From positions 1 to 64,000 of the forward strand of contig CAJFCJ010000039.1 in NCBI GenBank assembly GCA_904063045.1: a stretch of DNA of 64,000 bases, in the 5' to 3' direction. The notes below the pieces were generated by a model. It was not told where the DNA came from. It saw only the letters and a list, made by a program, of their open reading frames with translations, and made no database searches. This document shows, piece after piece, positions 42,001 to 51,929 of this stretch; position 1 is the first letter of the stretch, and each line of letters starts with the position of its first letter. Source of the stretch: Dimorphilus gyrociliatus (lineage: Eukaryota; Animalia; Annelida). Made by a program: the position numbers and the translations under genes.

Positions 42001-45000
42001 TGGTTTGCCAGAATCATCTCTTGTGAGTGTGATAACAACCTTTCCTATTTTATAGCCATCTGAAAGGTTTGGTGAATATTTTACTTCATCTTCTGGATAA
42101 TCCTGTTTGTTTACAAAATAGAATTAGATTAAGAGATATTCATCTTTCTTCTCCATTACCCTTTCGTATTGAGCTGTTGCCCCGCTTGTTAAAAAGATTT
42201 TTACAGCTAAATTTTTAACATTTTTAACGGCATATTGTAATGAAATGAGTGAATTTTCTCCGACTTGACCAGCTTGAAGAACGATTTCAACTTCATTTTT
42301 ATTTTCTTCATAATATTCACCAGATCCATCAGCAATATCTGATGGAATTGCTGAGAACTCATTTTCACTTGTAAAGCTTCCTACTGATAGAGTATCCAGT
42401 GATTGGTAGTCGTAAGTCAACAAATCACCTCCATTCTCACATACTGGAGCTAGAATAAATCAGATATAAAAATATTACCATAATTATTAAATAATTAGTG
42501 TTTAATTAATGATTTTTATTTACAAGTAGTTGTTGGACTTGTTGTTGTTGTTAGTGTTGTTGTTGTTGCTGTTGTTGTTGTTGTTGGTGACGTAATACAT
42601 ACTTGGGCCGAAATTAATCCAACTTTAATAGAAGTGCCGTCATCTCTCTTTTCCAAAATAAGTTTAATGATACCCAAATTAATTCCAGCTTGTCCATTTA
42701 GTATTCTATCTTCTACACTTCCATCAGTGTTAGCCTGTAGTAGTTAATTTTTTATAAAATAGTCATGATGTTAGTTTGAAAATCCTACTTTTGTTGTTTG
42801 GGCGGTTCCTCCTGATTTGTATGTTATGTGCCAGTAAAATGATGCAACATTTTCAAAGCGAACTGCTATAGAGAGAACAAGAACATCTCCTTCAACGTTG
42901 GGGGAAAATTCAATTTCAACATTGTCATCGCTATTATACGAAATGTCTGTTCCTTTTAGAGCATCTTCAGCTGAAACGCCGGCAACGGAGTCAACGACGT
43001 TTAGAACTTTTGATTCAGAGTTTAAAACGGCAGGACTACCCTCCTCGCACTGATGAGCTAATAGATAAAAGTAATGTATAAGTATATATACAGATAAAAG
43101 ATACTTTAAACGTACGAGTTGAAGTGGTAGTGGTAAGAGTTGTTGTGGTTTGTTCAGTTGTTGTTGATTTTTCGTGAAGACATAGATCGGCTTGGACATT
43201 TAGAACACTTAAATCTTGTTCGTTATCTCGTTTTACAACAACCAATTTCACTTCTCTTAACAATACACCAGTTCCACTACCAGTTAAAGCAGTCTCGAAA
43301 AAGGCAGAGCCTTCCTCAACACTTTTCTAAAATGTTATATTTATATTTTATAACTTTATCACCTATAATTACTATTCTGTTAATTTTACCGTTGGTTTTA
43401 TTGTAGGCTCCTCAACGCCATTAAATTTAATTTCCCAATGATATTCTAGAGCGTTGATTAGTCTGACCTTAAATTTTAAGAAATATACATCTTTGTCAGA
43501 GTTTGGAAGGAATACAATAGTTATTCCTTGGTTGCTATTATATTGTGAACCAGAATTAAATAGAGCAGGGGAAAAGTCGTTTCCTGGGGCTTGTTCATCG
43601 TAGATGGTCAAACCAACTGAACCGGAAGCATACCTTTGAGGTTCGCCTTCAAGACACTCCAAGGCTATAAAAAACATTTAAAATTATTATTATTTGTCTA
43701 ATGATCTTTTAGCTAAAAACTTACGTGCTGTGGTTGTTGTTGATGAAACTGTAGTGGTCGTTCCAGTTGTTGTTCCGGTTGTTGTTCCGGTTGTTGTTCC
43801 AGTTGTTGTTCCTGTTGTTGTTCCAGTTGTTGTTCCTGTTGTTGTTCCAGTTGTTGTTCCAGTTGTTGTTCCTGTTGTTGTTCCTGTTGTTGTTCCAGTT
43901 GTTGTTCCAGTTGTTGTTGATTCTGTTGTGGTAGCTTGAAAGAGAAATAAAATTGTTTTAATATAAGTTTTAATAAAACATTGAAAGGTGTTTGTGTGTT
44001 TGTGCTGTAACACATACTTATAACTTCTCCACAAACTGTTCCGCCAAGTTCTTTAATTTCAACAGGTTTGCTTGTATCGGCTGATGTTAATCTGATTTCA
44101 ATTTTCTTGAAATTAAATCCTTCAGGATTGATTTTGATTGAAACTTTTACGAATTCATCGGTTGATGAAATGTCCTAAAATAGATAATAATCATTATAAA
44201 ATATCTAGGTCAATTTGCCGGTGGAAAAAAGAAATTACGCACGATAGGTGTAGATGACAATGCTCCATTGGCGTCTGTGAGTAAAGCTGTTCCTCCTGCT
44301 ACGTTCTTAACGAAGAAAGCTAGGCTTGACACGACATCTGGTCCATTTGAGAGAGGCTCAATTTTAAATTTTGTTTCGGCATTACCGGATACATCTCCGA
44401 ATGTTTCGTCTGATCCAAGTAAGGCATCGCTCATATCAATATTGCTTGTAGAAAGAAGAGAAAGTGCTAAAACTCTATTAGTAAAATCGAAAGGATTTTG
44501 TTCTCCTCCAATCACGCAAATCTTTGGTGGAGTTGTCGTTGTTGCGGTTGTTGTTTCGGTTGTTGTTGCAGTTGTAGTTTCTGTTGTAGTTCCTGTTGTT
44601 GTTGATTCTGTTGTTGTACTTGTAAAACAGTTAATCTCATCGCTTCCATCTCCACAATCATCGTGATTATCACATCTAATATTCATTGGCATACACTCTC
44701 CTGATTGACATCTGTAATATTTGTCTGGATCACATTCCTCTGTTGTACAATTCTTCTCATCAGAGTAATCATTCATTCCGCAATCTCTATGCGAATCGCA
44801 TCTAAATTCCTTTTTGATGCAAGCGCCTGACTCGCATTCAAACTCATCTTCATCACAAGTCGGTGGGTCTAGAATTTTGAAAAATTATTAATATTACTTC
44901 ATGCAAGATGTAAATGATTAATAAATGCTACATACGGCAATTAAATTCATCACTGTCGTCCTGACAATCGTAGTTTCCGTCGCAATGTAATGGCATATCA

Positions 45001-48000
45001 ATACATTGAATAGCATTCAAACAACGGAATTGACCGGGTTTACATTGGAATACTGTTCGGAATAAGATATAATTAAAAATGATGATAAATGAATAAAAGA
45101 AAGAGCAATACGTACTGCATTCTTCTTCATCGGAATTGTCTCCGCAATCATTCATTCCATCGCATTTAAATTCTATTGGGATGCATTTGTCAGTTTTGTT
45201 ACACTTGAATTCGTCGTCTTTACATTCAACAACGCATGGTGTACCAAAGCATTCAAATTTAGCGTTTTTACATGTGCAATTCATACAATTATTATAAACA
45301 ATAGATTCAGCTGGATATTCTTTGCCATTGTGAATACATGGACAATCTAAAGCTGGAACGCATTGATTGTTATCCAAAACTGTTCCCTGAGGACAGAAGC
45401 AGCCTTCCAAACAATGAGTATCTTGGCAGTAGGGCTCTGGTGCTTCTCCTATGTTTCTGCAGGTTTGAGGGCATGGTGGCCCGCATGGTCTGTACTCTTT
45501 ACCTCCCTCGCACATAACGGGACATAAATGTTGACTTCTCCATTTTACGTAGACTCCGTTCTTATTACAAACTTCGGCAAAATTAGCAATGGCTGTGCAC
45601 AAACATTCACAATCGCCTCCTCTGTTACATCCGCATGCGTCGTATTTGCATTCTTTATAATATTCAAGGAATGTAGGAACAACATCTCTGCAAGCAGCAA
45701 AGGCTGGTCCATCTGTAATGATTTTGCAAGAATCTTCAGCCCATTCTCTTCTATCTGGGAATTGTTCACAAGGATCTAATAGATCGTATGTGTGTGGTTT
45801 ATCAATGTTGCCACATTTTCCAGTAACTTCCCATTGCTGGGCAAATTCAGCAACAGTTTCAGCAGTTCCGAAATCATTTGAGGCGTCATTGTCAAAGTTA
45901 CCACACAAACCATTCACTTTATTCTGATGTCCTCTGCTGACGAACAAGTATACTCTGGTTCCACCATCCCATTGAACGCTTAGCCCAGAATCGTGTATAT
46001 TGATTATTGTAAATAATCCAGCTGGACCAACATAAATACCGTTATATCTAAGACTATCACCATAACCTACAGTGACATTGTCAACTTTGATATCAGCTCC
46101 TTGAATCATTTCAATTGAAACTCCATTAGCTAAAATTTTGATACTCTTTGTGCATGTAACACCACCAGTCCCGCAAGCGTGGTTCTTAGCAATAACAGTA
46201 AGTTGTGATCCTTCTGTGCTTTTAAGTAAATAATATGAACAACTTCCTTGGAAAGTGTATCTCTTTCCATCGAATGTATAGTAGTGAGGATCTCCAGAAG
46301 CCCAACAAACCGCTGGACAGTCTGCTGTTGATGGTTGTTTTTCCCATAAACCACCTTTGCATACGTATGTATTGCAACCATCTTTTAAGATATCAGCTTT
46401 ACCGTAATATTTATCGTTATGGAAACATGGGCAAGTATTGCTAGCAATACAATTTCCATCGTGATTTAAAACCAAACCATCTGGACATCCACAACCTTCG
46501 CGAGGTTCTTCTGGTTGGCAGTCAGCAATTCTCATGTAATCGAAGCAGGTAGCTCCACAGGTTTTTAAATCTTTTCTCCATTCTTGATTTTTTGGGCATT
46601 GTACTGAATCAGAGCAGGATTTTGTTCCGCAGTTCCAGCTGCCATTTGAGCATGTACAATTTGAACATGCTCTCCTGATAACTGATCCAGCATCTTTGTA
46701 TGGATTTAGGTGATCATTTTTATCGTAACAGGTACAATCTTTAACTTGGACGCACTGTCCACGATTATCTAATCTTTGACCAGTTGGACAACCGCAACCT
46801 CCGTAGCAGTTTTTATCTTCGCAACCCAAAGGATGTTCGAAATCCATACAGCTATTGCAAGATGAGAAACATTCATCATAGACTTCGCCATTTTTACATT
46901 GATATCCGTCGATATTTTTACATTTAAGTAATAGTCCTGTGTCACCTCTCCAGTTGATTTTAACTCCTTTTTCCATACATGCCTCGGCATAGGCAGCGAC
47001 AATATTACAGAATCCTAAATAGGAATTTTCATTGGCACACATATCATAATTACACATCTCTTTGTAGATTCGAGGATCGATAACGTCATGACACTCTTTT
47101 AAGACTCCTTCGTCGATAAATGCTTTGCATGTTGCATGGACTCCATCTCTTTTTTCTGTTTCAAGTGCGCATGGATCAATGTGTTGACCGACATTTGCCT
47201 TTGGAGTATCCGAACAGGTTGACTGCTTGAAGGAATTAACAAATTCGGACATAGTTGATATTGGTGCATTTGATCTTGGCACACGATCGTCGAGTGGGGA
47301 ACCGTTATAGTTGCCGCATAGACCTCTAACTTTATCAGCGTAATAAGGTGATAAGTAGACGTAAATTCTTCCATTTTTATCATAGCTGACTCTAAAACCA
47401 AAACCTCTTATGGTTGTGAGTAAAGAAGTTGATCGTGTAACAGATAATTCTGGTCTATAATACGGATTTGTAGCAACATTTGAGATTTCTCTTCCGTTAA
47501 TAACAGCAGCTACGTTTCTAAAAAGAAAAATATGGTTGAAAATTGATTTATTTCTCTTTTTAAACTTACCCTCCTGCAGCTTTCAAGAGTACTTTTACAT
47601 CGTTGTATTGAATAAAGACTGAAATTATAGAGGGAGTGCCTAATTTACCAAAATCTTCCATTGAATAGGCAATTTGTAAATTTCCTTTTCCTTCCGTTAC
47701 AACTGTGTTCCTTTCAACCAAAGTATATTGGCAATTGTCTCCTCTTAAGTCAAATGAATCTCCATCAAAAGTAGTAATATGTTGTAAACCGATGATTGAA
47801 CATTTCTTAGGACATCGTTTCTTTGTGCATATCCATCTACCGTATTTACATTCGCATGTATTACAATCTGGTTTGATTACATCACCAGAAGAATATCTCT
47901 TCATTTGATAAGAACAAGAGCAATCTCTAGCTTCTACGCAAGTGTTTGTCATTTCGTCCATAAAGGTTCCAGGTTTACAAGTACATCCGGGAACGCATTG

Positions 48001-50660
48001 GCTATCGCAAACATCGTGTGTAGCTGGGCTGAGGATATTTCTGCAGGTTTTTTGGCAACGATCAATGCAAGGTTTGTATGTCAAACCGGCTGGACATGTT
48101 CTTGCTTTAATGGAGAAAATAGAGAGACAGAGATGATTAATTATCAATATTCATCAAAAACTACAGTGAGAAACACTTACGACATCTGACATCTGTTCTG
48201 TAGTTAATGTAAACTCCTCTTGTAGCACATTCGAAAGAATATTGGAACATAAAGTCACAAAGTGCGGCATCAATTTCATTCTTTTTTTGTTGGTCGCTCA
48301 ATGAACTATGCATTATTCTACACATTTCATTAACGCAGAGATCGTAATGTCTCTTTGGCGAAAATTTACTTCTGCATGCGGAAAATGGCTCAAATTTCAA
48401 TTCTCCACATTTAACCTTGGCATTACGTTCGGTACTTTCATTAAGGCATTCCGGTTGAGCATTAGGCGCATCTGGACACTAGAAAAAAGATAAAAAGTCA
48501 ATACTTGAACATTCTTTTCACATTGCTAACAAAATAATGAAAAAAAATTTAAAGTTGATTGAATGCATTAGAAAAATTCAAAAAAAGCTTCAAAATTGGA
48601 AATTTGTTCAAAACTCTTCTTTCTAAAGTGCAATACTTTTTATAAATTTATCATTCAAGAGCAAACTGTGCACAAAATCGATTCAAAATTGTGGAATTCC
48701 ATTAAAAGCAGTATTTGACAGCATTGACTACTACCTCTAAATTTTTCGCTTTTTTGTCCTGAAAAGTCGTTGAATGTTTAATAATAATTAATGGAAGAGA
48801 GAGAGAGATATATAAATATCATTTAGTTCTAGTATACTAATATATAATCCACTTTAACCTTAATAAAATACCAATATTTTGGTGCGTTAATATGATTTTT
48901 CATCTTGTTCAATTCAATGTGCGAATAGTTAAAAAAAAAATAGGGAAAGTTTGTGCAACCTTTTTTTAACCTTAAAATAGTTTGCAAAGGACAAAAATAA
49001 GTTATTGCTTTTTGTTCAACTTACGTTTGACGCCTTGAAGAAAGAATAGAATTGTTTTGAAATGTAGATTTATACATAATCATTAATTGATAATATATAA
49101 ATTAACTTACGACTTCAGTCAAGCTGCTAACTAGGAAAGAATTTCCCATAGCTGATGGTACTCTGGCCAATACGCCGTTTCTTTGTTTCATATCGTTTAG
49201 AGCATCACCATCAAAGTTACCGCACAAACCGGAGATTGTTGTTGAACCGATAGCAGTTTTCAATTGATCGTCAATAGTCAAGAACCATGCTCTTGAATTT
49301 TCAACTGACCACTTTGATCTGATATCTCCGTATTCGAGAAAGATAAAGTCACCACTTCTCTCGAAAATAACATCTATAAAAAGAGTAAAAAATCGATTAA
49401 TCGCTGAATTAGAGAAGATGTGTGAAATTTAAGATTCGTACTTGATGACCTGGTTGTTCCACCAGCTGCTACGGTTATTGGTTCGTTGTTAACTTTAATA
49501 TCCTCTCCGGAAGCAACAACTGTTGTTTGCGAATTCAAGTAGAATAAAAGAGTCTTTTTGCAGGTTGAATAAGCTTGGCATTCGTTCATTTTTATGTTTA
49601 TTGTTTTAATTCCGTCATTCATCAATGTATATTCGCATTGTCCTTGGAAAATATACTCCAAACCGTCGAAAGATCTGTAAACTTTTGTTCCATAGGACAT
49701 ACATGTATGAAATCCAATATTTTTGTCTTGATCAACGACTTCCGGTTTTGTTGGATCGGTTGAACCTTCGCCAGCTTTTGGACATTCGATACACGTAGAG
49801 TTGGATGAACCCCAAGTTTTTCCACCTCTTGTACAACAATCCTCATAAGTAGTTGTTATTTGACCAACGTCTTGAGCCTTAGGACCCCAACAGAATCCTT
49901 GGGCGAAACAATACTTAAGACTAGTTGTTATGGCATCTTTATTATCCTGACAACGATAGCCTGAGTATCCAGCGTCACATTTGCATTCGTCTGGAACGAA
50001 ACATGTCCCACGCTCGCACGGAGGAGTGCAAATGGGAGTTTCGCATCCTACTCCTGTCCATTGCGGACAACAACGCCGAACAATTTCAACATCGTTCCTG
50101 TAAAAGACGTAAAGATAAGATTTTCCTTATTAATTCTCTATAGTAATTTAGTGTTAATTACTTTTCGAAGACGCAAATGTCATTGGAATTTCCAGCTATC
50201 CATTGGGATGTCCTCGCTTGAAATTCTTGATTTGAATCGCCACCGAATCCGCTAAGTTCTTTACTTACGGACCATATTCCCAGTCTCATTTGGATTTCTG
50301 TGCAAGGAGCACTTTCCTTCTTTATAACGGGTACGGTATCATTGCAGTATTTCGCAGTTCTGAGTGGTTATTGGAGAATGGGGATGGTGGGTGGTAGGGA
50401 GGAGGAGGAAACAAAAAAAGCAAAATTAAGTTATAAGTCATACCGTTGATTTGTTGGTAGAGAAAATAAGAAAGTTATCCTTTTTTTTAAATATTATTTG
50501 TCATATCCAAAAGTTAACAGACTTTTTGCTTTTATTAATTTTGAACATTTATGAATTTTGTTTGTCGGCTTTCTTTTTAAATTAAAATTGTTTACCCGAG
50601 AGTCGTAAATGCCAAAAGAAGTAAGCCGGTAAGGAAGGGATTCCTTGGCCCAAAAATCAT
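1..50660 (-). CDS. Giant secreted SCO-spondin/mucin-like protein (SP-EMI-EGF-TB-like-3x[VWD-C8-TIL]-4xLDLa-8x discoidin-like-2xLDLa-at least 53 more discoidin-like domains with Thr-rich linkers); 3' end lies beyond the window
   Basis: Exons joined by hand via GT-AG sites with consistent phases: 50596-50660, 50162-50359, 49442-50097, 49111-49373, 48181-48478, 47570-48104, 45116-47517, 44936-45052, 44243-44868, 44018-44174, 43725-43934, 43390-43664, 43116-43326, 42789-43057, 42524-42734, 42160-42449, 41952-42102, 41841-41888, 41669-41784, 41449-41607, 40891-41382, 40670-40837, 40421-40616, 40076-40356, 39824-40010, 39513-39772, 39128-39458, 38755-38928, 38342-38592, 37911-38088 (9,775 nt, open frame), then 52 array exons. 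Family assignment is by recognised motifs. Confidence 0.88.
3271..3864 (-). CDS. Representative short array exon B (594 nt, 198 aa): (GTTT)9 linker + [10 protein letters not shown]...ILACVKP domain
   Basis: Phase 1-1 exon bounded by TTCAG|AG and CCAG|GTAAAT. Confidence 0.9.
3948..4490 (-). CDS. Representative array exon A (543 nt, 181 aa): (GTTT)5 linker + [10 protein letters not shown]...ILACSEE domain
   Basis: Phase 1-1 exon with length divisible by 3. A 555-nt variant has one extra GTTT. Confidence 0.9.
4630..5439 (-). CDS. Representative long array exon B (810 nt, 270 aa): (GTTT)27 linker + domain B
   Basis: Same splice sites as short B; 216 nt (18 x 12 nt) longer. Confidence 0.9.
18604..19533 (-). 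CDS. Extra-long array exon B (930 nt): (GTTT)37 linker from an internal 120-nt duplication
   Basis: 19212-19331 is repeated at 19332-19451; frame is preserved. Confidence 0.85.
36583..37852 (-). CDS. Diverged first unit of the array: exon B0 (37253-37852) and exon A0 (36583-37113)
   Basis: Same splice phases. B0 has a non-GTTT linker start ([15 protein letters not shown]..). A0 carries substitutions ([25 protein letters not shown]). Confidence 0.85.
37911..44530 (-). CDS. Nine divergent two-cysteine beta-rich domains (discoidin/FA58C-like, inferred) separated by Thr-rich linkers, with two LDLa repeats before the ninth
   Basis: Each ~130-150 aa module opens with a Cys just after a Thr run and closes with a beta-strand plus Cys (TVCGE, DLCLH, QVCIT, VICYK, KVCHT, KVCHV, IACGK, RACYH, HACYQ). 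Eight of nine have a central NV/NI/DV motif (NA in the second; not clear in the ninth). All are encoded on 2-3 short exons. Confidence 0.75.
38755..39250 (-). CDS. Two LDLa-type repeats embedded among the discoidin-like domains
   Basis: [37 protein letters not shown] (end of exon 39128-39458). Exon 38755-38928, absent from the ORF track in this frame, reads [43 protein letters not shown]. Confidence 0.8.
39011..39036. repeat. (AT)n microsatellite in an intron of the giant gene
   Basis: Direct reading; lies inside the 199-nt intron 38929-39127. Confidence 0.9.
44636..45225 (-). CDS. Cluster of four LDL-receptor class A repeats
   Basis: [24 protein letters not shown]; [24 protein letters not shown]; [26 protein letters not shown]; [25 protein letters not shown]. 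All have six Cys and the acidic DCxDxSDE signature. Confidence 0.92.
45230..49710 (-). CDS. Three von Willebrand D assemblies (VWD-C8-TIL, with extra TIL/VWC-like modules)
   Basis: VWD starts [28 protein letters not shown] and [19 protein letters not shown] motifs [31 protein letters not shown]8 motif [36 protein letters not shown] motif [17 protein letters not shown]. Confidence 0.93.
49779..50359 (-). CDS. N-terminal EMI-like, EGF-like and TB/follistatin-N-like modules (exons 2-3)
   Basis: KYCNDTV..SAPCTE..DICVFEK|[18 protein letters not shown] (EMI-type CC-P-x-W ending). [27 protein letters not shown] (EGF, 49950-50030). [30 protein letters not shown] (49779-49910). Confidence 0.7.
50596..50660 (-). 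CDS. First coding exon: signal peptide [22 protein letters not shown]
   Basis: ATG at 50660, hydrophobic core, phase-2 donor GG|GTAAAC matching the phase-2 acceptor at 50359. Confidence 0.8.
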
Positions 50661-50800
50661 CTCGATTATTAAAGTCTTACGAGGACTTATCACTGACGAA
50701 ATGAAAAATAGATTTATATCGTTTAAAATACGTAACGCGGAATGCGAGGGGACTGAGAGAAGGAAATCTCTAGTCTAATTCTAGAAAACTTGAATTCAGC

Positions 50801-50807
50801 TTTTATA
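50801..50807 (-). promoter_or_regulatory. Possible TATA box of the giant gene
   Basis: TATAAAA on the minus strand ~140 nt upstream of the ATG. Weak evidence in AT-rich DNA. Confidence 0.25.
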
Positions 50808-51929
50808 TGTCTCCTCTTCGGCCATGTTTGGTATCATCTGTAGAGGATAAGTGGATATTTAGGAAAGGCGTAAAACCATATGCGACATTTAAATTCAATA
50901 TTTTCATTCAAGATTTCTTCCAAATCGATAACATCCGTGCGTCTTCTTTCAAAATGGATTTTGCATAAAGGTCGATTTTTGGCATACTTGACTAGCTTTT
51001 TTTCGGATTATTATTTTTAATAAGGTAATCAATAGAAAAAACCTTAACCGCTCCCAACCATGATACATGCACGTGCCCATAAAAAAACTTCATTAATTTT
51101 TATTGGTCTATCAGATAAATCTGTCTTCAACACTATTCTATTCATTTAGTAAACACATTCTTCAAAATTCAACATTCGATTTTCATCTGTCATCATCATT
51201 TCTAACTTATCAAATGTAAAACAGTTCAAGTATAAGTTTTCTTTTTCTCTTCTTTTCTTCTTTCTTCTTTCAGTTTTACACAGATTTTCGTTCAGATTTT
51301 TTTTACCATCCAGTTTAAAATAGCACTTCAAGTACTTTATGACGTCATTTTACCAATATTAATTACTTTGAAGTGTACTATTGCGCTTTTCTCTCTTCTT
51401 TTTATGTGTGTGTCTAGTTTGTCAAGGAATTTTTGTCTAAAAAAATTTCTAATAGGTGTTTAATTAATAGTTTTTATTGTTTGTTTTGTTTTTATCTTCT
51501 TTTTTTATCGGTTAGGCGTCTCTTTCTGACGTTTAGAAAAATTGTGTAAGAACCCGGAAATTCTATTGAAAAGAATTATTGATGTTGGTGAAGATTTTTT
51601 TTTCTTCGTCCTATATCTCTTTTGGAAAATAGGATCCTTCTTTCTTTCTTTTTAAAGATAATCTGGCTTTAGAAGAACAGTGGTTTTTTATTAGGACTTA
51701 TCATTTCTCTCCAATTTTCTTGGCTTATGAAGAGAAGATAGAGAAGGAGAAAGGCAAGAAATAATAGGGAAGAAAATTGGCGTTATATATTAAAGAAAAG
51801 CAAAAACATTTAATTAAGCTTATCACTATAATAAAGTTTCTTATCTTTATCGCGATTGTGAAGGAAAATGATAAAGATTATTGCCATAAACTTTATAGAA
51901 TTTTTATTATCTTCATTCCGAACTGGGAA

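Noticed and set aside
5100-43939. Plus-strand (VVVP)n, MIISIRIF.. and MPSLSV.. ORFs and minus-strand QLLVQL / NNYWY ORFs
   Set aside because: These are antisense or off-frame shadows of the GTTT and domain codons. They recur only because the real exons are repeated, and have no splice or domain support.
50262-50270. Perfect GTAAGT donor inside exon 2 of the giant gene
   Set aside because: The frame is open through it, and the nearest plausible acceptor (52 nt downstream) would shift the frame into a stop.
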